Made by a program: the position numbers and the translations under genes | Source: Octopus sinensis | Taxonomy: Eukaryota | Assembly: GCF_006345805.1 (NCBI RefSeq) | Contig: NW_021825992.1 | Coordinates: forward strand, 1 to 13,938 | Reading direction: 5' to 3' | DNA length: 13,938 bases | The notes under the pieces: model-generated | Database searches by the model: none | What the model was told of the DNA's origin: nothing | The model's input: only the letters and a program-made list of their open reading frames with translations | Shown here: piece after piece, positions 8,249-13,938 of the stretch | How the letters are laid out: the number at the start of each line of letters is the position of its first letter | Position numbering within the stretch: position 1 is the stretch's first letter

Positions 8249-8277
8249 GACCCGACGTTCCCGGGTCTAGTGCTAGT
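8249..8277 (+). mobile_element. Helitron-type 3' terminus (GC-rich hairpin plus CTAG|T)
   Basis: GACCCG-ACGTTCC-CGGGTC hairpin (8249-8267), 5 nt spacer, CTAG (8273-8276), then T. Confidence 0.45.
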
Positions 8278-8319
8278 CAAGCATATTTGGTCTTTCATGA
8301 AAATCCCTCTCTCTTATCA

Positions 8320-8966
8320 TTCACTTGGTCTAACTCGTTAATTATTCCCTGCATTTCTCAAATCAAAAAAGCTTGCACGTTTGAAAGCCAAAACACACGA
8401 TAATGCGTCTTCGCAAAGCACAAAAATGCGCAGAGTCATACAGACTGTCTGCAAATGCGCATGCGCATCCAAATGTCTGGTGTAAAGTTATCCCCGTCAA
8501 ATCAAAAAACAGACATTTTGCCATTTATAGATATAGAGATTTTAAGCAAACGTTTAGAAACTCTCTGGGAAACTGGAAAATCCAGAAATCCGGGACAGTT
8601 CCGGTCCTAAATTGGATAAATTGGTCTGGTACAGTATTGAGGTGTGATACATAACAAAGGGAGAGAAATGCAGAGTTTTAAAGAGTTATTTCCCTTGCTA
8701 TGGTTTAATATCTTTAGATTAAACTGCTGGATTAAGTGAGTTACGTCCCTGTATTAAAAACTTTTGTTACCCGAAACATAAGGGGTCGGTTTATCGAGTT
8801 TTTTTAAATGGCTTTCAGTGGTAACTGGGAAATGAAAAGATCTTAACAACCACCCTTGGACGGTTTTGAATGACCATAGAAAGTGCGAGCCCTCTAACTG
8901 AAAAGTTGCGGATTTGTATAAAGGATACACACACAGACAGACATTTTGCCGTTTATATATAGAGAG
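8320..8966 (-). mobile_element. Two tandem Helitron-like non-autonomous fragments sharing a 5' TC terminus
   Basis: Near-identical ACAGACATTTTGCC(A/G)TTTATA..TATAGAGA at 8509-8539 and 8937-8965. On the minus strand this reads TCTCTATAT..ATAAA(T/C)GGCAAAATGTCTGT, and the left copy is preceded by A. Left boundaries are uncertain. Confidence 0.45.
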
Positions 8967-8973
8967 AAACATT

Positions 8974-9068
8974 CATACATAGATACATACATACATACAT
9001 ACATACATACATACATACATACATACATACATACATACATACATACATACATACATACTTACTTACAT
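8974..9068. repeat. (TACA)n microsatellite
   Basis: Directly visible. Confidence 0.95.
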
Positions 9069-9254
9069 GCGCACAATCCATGTGTTCCAAATACAAATCA
9101 CACACACGATGTGATATTCAATCCCGTTCGTCTAGATTTTCTTCATTTTTGTTATCCTCTTATTCTGGGGTATTTGGTTACCACGCGACATGCAAAGTAT
9201 CACACAGATGTTGTTTTAGACCGAGAGCAGCTGTATACAGAGTGTATAGTTGGG

Positions 9255-9535
9255 AGAGGAAGGGAGAGGAAGAGAGAGAAGCCGAGACAGAAACAGAGAA
9301 AGAGAGATAGAGGAAGAGTGAGAGAAAGATAGAGAGAGAGAGAGAGAGTGTTGCAGAGAGAGTGCAAGAAGGGAGAGAGAAAGCGAGAGGACAGAAAGGC
9401 AGAGAGAGGGGAAAGCGAGAAAGAGGGATAAGGAGAGAAAGACATAAAGAAAGAGATGAAGAGAAAGACAGAGAGAGAGAGAGAGAGGGAGAGAGAGAGA
9501 GAGAGAGAAACAGAGAACGAGAATGGCAGAGAGAA
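9255..9535. repeat. GA-rich polypurine low-complexity tract
   Basis: Directly visible. It explains the SLSL/ERER pseudo-ORFs. Confidence 0.9.
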
Positions 9536-9794
9536 AAAGCTATTGATTTCCTCATACATTGGTATGGCTCTTTTTTTCTGGTCGTCCTTTGATATCAATA
9601 ACTAGGAACCTGAAGATAGTTGCTATGCATTTCTATATTTATCTATTGACCGATTTAGACAAACGTATATTTATTTATTTATTTAGGACTCTCACAATTG
9701 CCTTGCTGCCCTTTTCCCGTTTGTCTTGCGAGTGTCTCCTGCTGTGAGGTTGCCCACGTAAACCACGTAAAAATTGTTAAATATATACAAAACA

Positions 9795-9915
9795 GGAGCA
9801 GACATGGTTGTATGAAGGTGCAGGCATCCGACCGAGTGGTTAAAAGGCTTGCTTCCTAGTCGTGCGGTTACGGTTCAGTCCCAATGCGCGGATTCTTGGC
9901 CAAGTTTATTCTACC
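9795..9915 (+). mobile_element. tRNA-derived SINE head (second family), with a partially duplicated 5' end
   Basis: GGAGCAGACATGG (9795) is echoed by GGTGCAGGCATCC (9817). A-box-like CCGAGTGGTTAA, B-box-like GGTTCAGTCC (9872-9881), then TCTTGGCCAAGT (CORE-like). Confidence 0.55.
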
Positions 9916-9927
9916 AATGTATTATAG

Positions 9928-9960
<33 letters not shown>

Positions 9961-9975
9961 TATATATATATTATA

Positions 9976-10008
<33 letters not shown>
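9928..10008. repeat. (TA)n microsatellite with interruptions
   Basis: Directly visible. Confidence 0.95.
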
Positions 10009-10205
10009 CGACGCCATAATAGATCGTTAGCCACTACACACATTTTTTCTCTCCTTGTTTTTCTCTGTGTCCTCTTCTGTAGAAGAGCATAGGCTCGAAA
10101 CGTAAAAGACTTTTTCAATTCCTGAGCGTTATACTAATACATCTGTTTGTTTTGTACACCACCTGTCTTCGTCTTTTGTTGTTTTTTTTCGTAAACTCTC
10201 CATCT
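10009..10205 (+). mobile_element. Short TA-flanked element, probably a Penelope-like element terminal remnant
   Basis: Contains the GAAGA...CGAAACGT signature typical of Penelope-like pseudo-LTRs and is bounded by TA repeats. No coding sequence. Confidence 0.45.
10069..10110 (+). ncRNA. Degenerate minimal type I hammerhead ribozyme-like motif
   Basis: CUGUAGAA (10077-84), stem II GAGC/AUAG/GCUC (10085-96), GAAA (10097-100), palindromic ACGU and a putative GUA cleavage triplet (10102-04). Stem I is weak and core position A6 is U. Confidence 0.4.
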
Positions 10206-10214
10206 ATATATAAA

Positions 10215-10274
10215 TGTGTGTGCGTGTGTGTATGTGTGTGTGTGTGTGTGTGTGCGTGTGTGTGTGTGTGTGTG
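10215..10274. repeat. (TG)n microsatellite
   Basis: Directly visible. Confidence 0.95.
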
Positions 10275-10412
10275 TAAGAACTTACTGTGGTCAAGGCAGC
10301 ATAGCGTTTGATTATAAATAAATAAAATAATTAAAAGTACACATTGTGTACAGGACATCACCAACGAGTGAAAAAATACGAAAGCACACGGGAGAATAGT
10401 TCAAGACAAAAT

Positions 10413-10513
10413 GTCAGCGACGACGAGGAGGGTTCCAGTTGGTTCGATCAACGGAACAGCCTGCTCGTAAAATTAACGTGCAAATGGCTGAGCACTCCAC
10501 AGACACGCGTACC
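10413..10513 (-). mobile_element. SINE central/3' fragment (third family)
   Basis: The reverse complement GTGTCTGTGGAGTGCTCAGCCATTTGCACGTTAATTTTACGAGCAGGCTGTTCCGTTGATC..AACTGGAACCCTCCTCGTCGTCG matches an abundant octopus SINE segment from recall. Not verified. Confidence 0.5.
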
Positions 10514-10793
10514 TACAGATGGTCAAGGTCAAGTCTGGTGTAACCATTTAATAACGACTCGGATCAGAAAGTTGTAATAATGCATGTGATTGCCAGTTGG
10601 AAAAAGGCAACCGAGGGGAATGTTTGGGAGAGGGTTTATTGGTATGTTAACATGTGTGTGTCATGTATACAAAATAAATGGCAGCCCGTCATGAGAACAA
10701 AGTCTAGGTATGTCTGTGTGTGCGTTAAATGTATATAGCAATGAAGAGGAAGAACGCGAAAGTCTAAAATGAGAAGTTAGACGAATGTTCATA

Positions 10794-10975
10794 GACAGCC
10801 GGTGTTAGCATGTTTACGTTCCCGTAATTTAGCGGTTCGGCAAAATTCACCGATAGAGTAAGTCCAAGGCTTAAAACACGAGAAGTACTGGAGTCGGTTC
10901 ATTCGACTAAAAGAATCCTTCAAGGTGATGCCCCAACATGGCCGCAGTCTAATGAGTGAAACAAACAAAAGACAG
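10794..10975 (+). mobile_element. SINE 3' arm
   Basis: TGTTTACGTTCCCGTAATTTAGCGGTTCGGCAAAA...CCAACATGGCCGCAGTCTAATGAGTGAAACAAACAAAAGA resembles the right arm and LINE-like tail of an octopus SINE from recall. Confidence 0.5.
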
Positions 10976-11164
10976 ATGTTGAGCAACCATTTGATAAATT
11001 ATACATATACATGTATAAATATTAAATTAGAGATAAAACTACTATTAGGCAAATCAAACAGTGAAAAACATAAACCAAAACATAGAAATAAATTAATTAA
11101 TATAATATACAAAATATATCAAATTTAAATTATTTAAATTATTTAATATATATATTTATACTGT

Positions 11165-11194
11165 AAAATTAGATTTAATCCTAAATCTAATTTT
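11165..11194. repeat. Perfect 13-bp inverted repeat with a 4-nt loop
   Basis: AAAATTAGATTTA-ATCC-TAAATCTAATTTT. Confidence 0.9.
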
Positions 11195-11222
11195 TCCCTG
11201 TAAGTTTGGATTTACTCCCTAA

Positions 11223-11223
<1 letters not shown>

Positions 11224-11271
<48 letters not shown>
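11224..11271. repeat. (ATT)16 microsatellite
   Basis: Directly visible. Confidence 0.97.
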
Positions 11272-11277
11272 GTATTA

Positions 11278-11318
11278 TATATGCGACGGGATTCTTACAG
11301 TTTCCGTCGACCAAATCA
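11278..11318 (-). mobile_element. Tiny SINE internal fragment
   Basis: The reverse complement GATTTGGTCGACGGAAACTGTAAGAATCCCGTCGCATAT resembles the end of the left arm of the SINE family at 9795-9915 (recall). Confidence 0.35.
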
Positions 11319-11329
11319 GGCCTCTAGCT

Positions 11330-11522
11330 TCTGATTGATTGATTGACGAAGTCACAATCACTTTGTCAGTCATAGTTACTGATTAATTGTCTAACGAACT
11401 GGCTAAGTACTTGACTAATTACTTTATAGACGAAGTGACTTACTGACAAACCAACTTGTTAACTAACAGTCGAAGTTATCGATGAAGTAACTAACTGGTT
11501 AACTAACGAACGAACAAACAAT
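11330..11522. repeat. Degenerate tetranucleotide-derived low-complexity tract (TGAT/ACTA/ACGA units)
   Basis: Recurring 4-nt periodicity (tgattgattgattga, taactaactgg, ctaacgaacgaacaaac). Confidence 0.6.
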
Positions 11523-11789
11523 GACCTTTATCCGTCAAAGCTGTCGTATTTGTAGGTAGGACAGCCATTCAGCGAGAAAATCGAGTTAAGCCTCAACAGA
11601 ATTGTGGAAGAAAAACGTGTCAGTAATAAAAGATCGGGCAACTTGATAAAGATCGAAACTTGTACAATAGGCAGAAGATAAAGTGGGACAGTCATGATGG
11701 GCGACAGGAATAAAAACGGATGGCTTTTTTTATTTTTTTTTACCGTGTGTGAATGGGATAGAAGGGAAAATGGGAGGTGGTGAGGATGG

Positions 11790-11900
11790 TGTATGACGAC
11801 GACGACGACGACGATGAAGCAGGAGAAAAGAGACATTGCAGAGAAACTTTGAAAGAGGAGGAGGAGGTGGGGGAGGAGGAGGAGGAGGAGGATGACGAAG
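11790..11900. repeat. (GAC)n and (GAG)n trinucleotide tracts
   Basis: Directly visible. They explain the acidic pseudo-ORF 11777..12040. Confidence 0.85.
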
Positions 11901-11928
11901 AAGACAAAAGAGAAGCCAAATGTGAAAT

Positions 11929-11948
11929 AGCCAATCAGTCGCCCGCCA
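11929..11948 (+). promoter_or_regulatory. CCAAT box (AGCCAATCAG) adjacent to a GC-box-like CGCCCGCC
   Basis: Exact match to the NF-Y-type consensus at 11929-11938 in otherwise non-repetitive sequence. No transcript evidence. Confidence 0.25.
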
Positions 11949-11989
11949 ACCAGTTGGTTCTCACGCACGAACGCACGCATGCACACAGG

Positions 11990-12017
11990 CAGACACACAC
12001 ACACACACACACACACC
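11990..12017. repeat. (CA)n microsatellite
   Basis: Directly visible. Confidence 0.95.
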
Positions 12018-12143
12018 ACGTTCGCTTAGAACAGGATTGACGGGTTTCGTGTGGTCGTTCTCAATCTAACTCACAATACAAACCTTCGTTATTTTAGAGA
12101 CTGGCACCGGATCGTGTGTTGCGTTAGTCGTTGCTGATCATCG

Positions 12144-12193
12144 TTATTATTATTATTATTATTATCATTATTATTATTATTATTATTATTATT
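12144..12193. repeat. (ATT)n microsatellite with one ATC unit
   Basis: Directly visible. Confidence 0.95.
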
Positions 12194-12348
12194 GAGACGA
12201 TGATGACGATGACGACGAAGGCGTAGGGTCGTAGGGGATGGAGACGTGTTGGCAATTTGGCCGTAGGTGTAACGCGAACAATTGACAACCCACAGTTTAA
12301 AAGACACACGAGTAAAATATACACACCCAAATAGACACACACGCACGC

Positions 12349-12635
12349 CTATATATATATATAATATATATATATATTATATAAGATATGATATATATAT
12401 ATATTAATATATATAGATATATATATATTTCGTCTTGTTCCACGTCTCTGTCCTTCTGTTGTAACACAAATGGCTTTTCCGTTTACCTTTTCCTGTTTAC
12501 CTTTCTGGTGTCCTGGTACGTATATATATTTATATATGCATGTATATATACATTTAGATGTCGCGGTACGTACATATATGTTTGTATGTATGCATATATT
12601 TTATTTATTACACTATATAATATATATATATATTA

Positions 12636-12680
<45 letters not shown>

Positions 12681-12747
12681 TATACATACGTACATAGACA
12701 TTTACGTATCTCTACACAGACATAAACGCATATAAATATATATGTAA

Positions 12748-12782
<35 letters not shown>

Positions 12783-12794
12783 GAGAGAGAGAGA
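12349..12794. repeat. Cluster of (TA)n tracts and a (GA)n tract
   Basis: (TA)-rich at about 12349-12428 and 12617-12682, (GA)n at about 12748-12794. Confidence 0.85.
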
Positions 12795-13389
12795 ATGAAA
12801 TCGTTTGTAGAAAACATGAATCTGAAAGAAAAAGCACACTCTAAGATGTAAAGCAGTATATATTAAAAATGGGGAAGGCCCATTTATGGGATTACCTTAG
12901 GTTTTCAGACCACAAAAGGTTTAGGTTTATGACGTATCGAGACATCCTCAAAACCCGTTCGCCCATGACCTCATAAAAACCTATTTTTGACCTATTTTTA
13001 AGTGGTCATTTATATGTGTGTATGTGTGTGCGTGTGTGTGTGTGCGTGTGTGTGTGTATAAGGAAAGCAGAAAATGGAGATAAAATTGATGAATAACAAT
13101 TAATTTACGTCAATTATCATTTATTAATTAGTTACAAAGAGAAATACTCTCAGCTTACAGCTGTTTCCGTTAGCATGATTCCCTTCCCAGGCTTAACCAC
13201 CACAATAATGATAATAATGATAGTCATCATTGTAAGTAATTAATTATACCAATATGAATCACGGAACTTCATCGGAGCGGAAAAGTAAATAAAATAAAAG
13301 TAAAAAGAAAAAGAAAAAGAAGAAAGTGCGAACGGATCAGCAAGTAGCACGGAGTGATTATCAGCGGTCTCACTTTCTCCTTCTCCTAC

Positions 13390-13452
13390 GCATACACACA
13401 CACACACGCACACATACACACAACGCACACATACACACACACACACACGTGT

Positions 13453-13532
<80 letters not shown>

Positions 13533-13570
13533 TATAATATATATATATATATATATATGAATATTTATAT
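13390..13570. repeat. Compound (CA)n-(TA)n microsatellite
   Basis: Directly visible. Confidence 0.92.
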
Positions 13571-13768
13571 ACGCATATTACATACATTATATGTAGAGGA
13601 CGTCAAAAAACGGGAGCAAAATGAGAAACGAGAAGATGAAAAGCAGAAACAAATGGAAAAATACCTTTTTTCGAACAAAACGAATGAAACAAATAGAGAA
13701 ACAAGACAGGCAACATAAAGAACATTCCCTCATCAGTTGTCCTCTGTTTTATCTGCTCCGCCTTTCGA

Positions 13769-13769
<1 letters not shown>

Positions 13770-13803
<34 letters not shown>

Positions 13804-13833
13804 ATATATATATCTATATATATATATATATAT

Positions 13834-13880
<47 letters not shown>

Positions 13881-13881
13881 T

Positions 13882-13938
<57 letters not shown>
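13770..13938. repeat. (TA)n microsatellite running to the window end
   Basis: Directly visible. Confidence 0.97.

Noticed and set aside
9178-9598. SLSL-rich and ER-rich ORFs
   Set aside because: GA low-complexity artefacts.
9611-9630. CTGAAGA followed by a TAG/CTA mini-stem, resembling a hammerhead start
   Set aside because: There is no downstream GAAA core, so the catalytic motif is incomplete.
11528-12040. 163-aa hydrophobic ORF (minus) and 87-aa acidic ORF (plus)
   Set aside because: Composition is driven by GAG/GAC/CA repeats, with no domain signature or splice support.

Overview
Repeat-saturated, non-coding animal genomic DNA. The microsatellite density and the SINE families resemble what I recall from octopod cephalopods (Octopus-like); this taxon call is an inference, not verified. 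I found no host protein-coding gene, tRNA, rRNA or CRISPR array, and most listed ORFs are microsatellite read-throughs. Supported content: (1) a decayed RTE-clade LINE fragment (751-1888, minus). (2) A 5'-truncated R4/Dong-clade non-LTR retrotransposon (3444-5822, minus) with RT, CCHC knuckle and restriction-like endonuclease, bounded by (ATT)n on both sides. (3) A 143-bp stub of a second, divergent Dong-like family (6512-6654), also between ATT repeats. (4) Five related tRNA-derived SINE units, four of them packed into 5876-6875, plus fragments of other SINEs. (5) Helitron/Helentron-like termini at about 6.9-9.0 kb. (6) A short TA-flanked element carrying a Penelope-type minimal hammerhead-like motif (10069-10110). 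(7) Many simple repeats. The most notable structure is the pile-up of retroelements anchored on ATT repeats at 3.4-6.9 kb. It fits known Dong biology; I cannot show that any system here is new.
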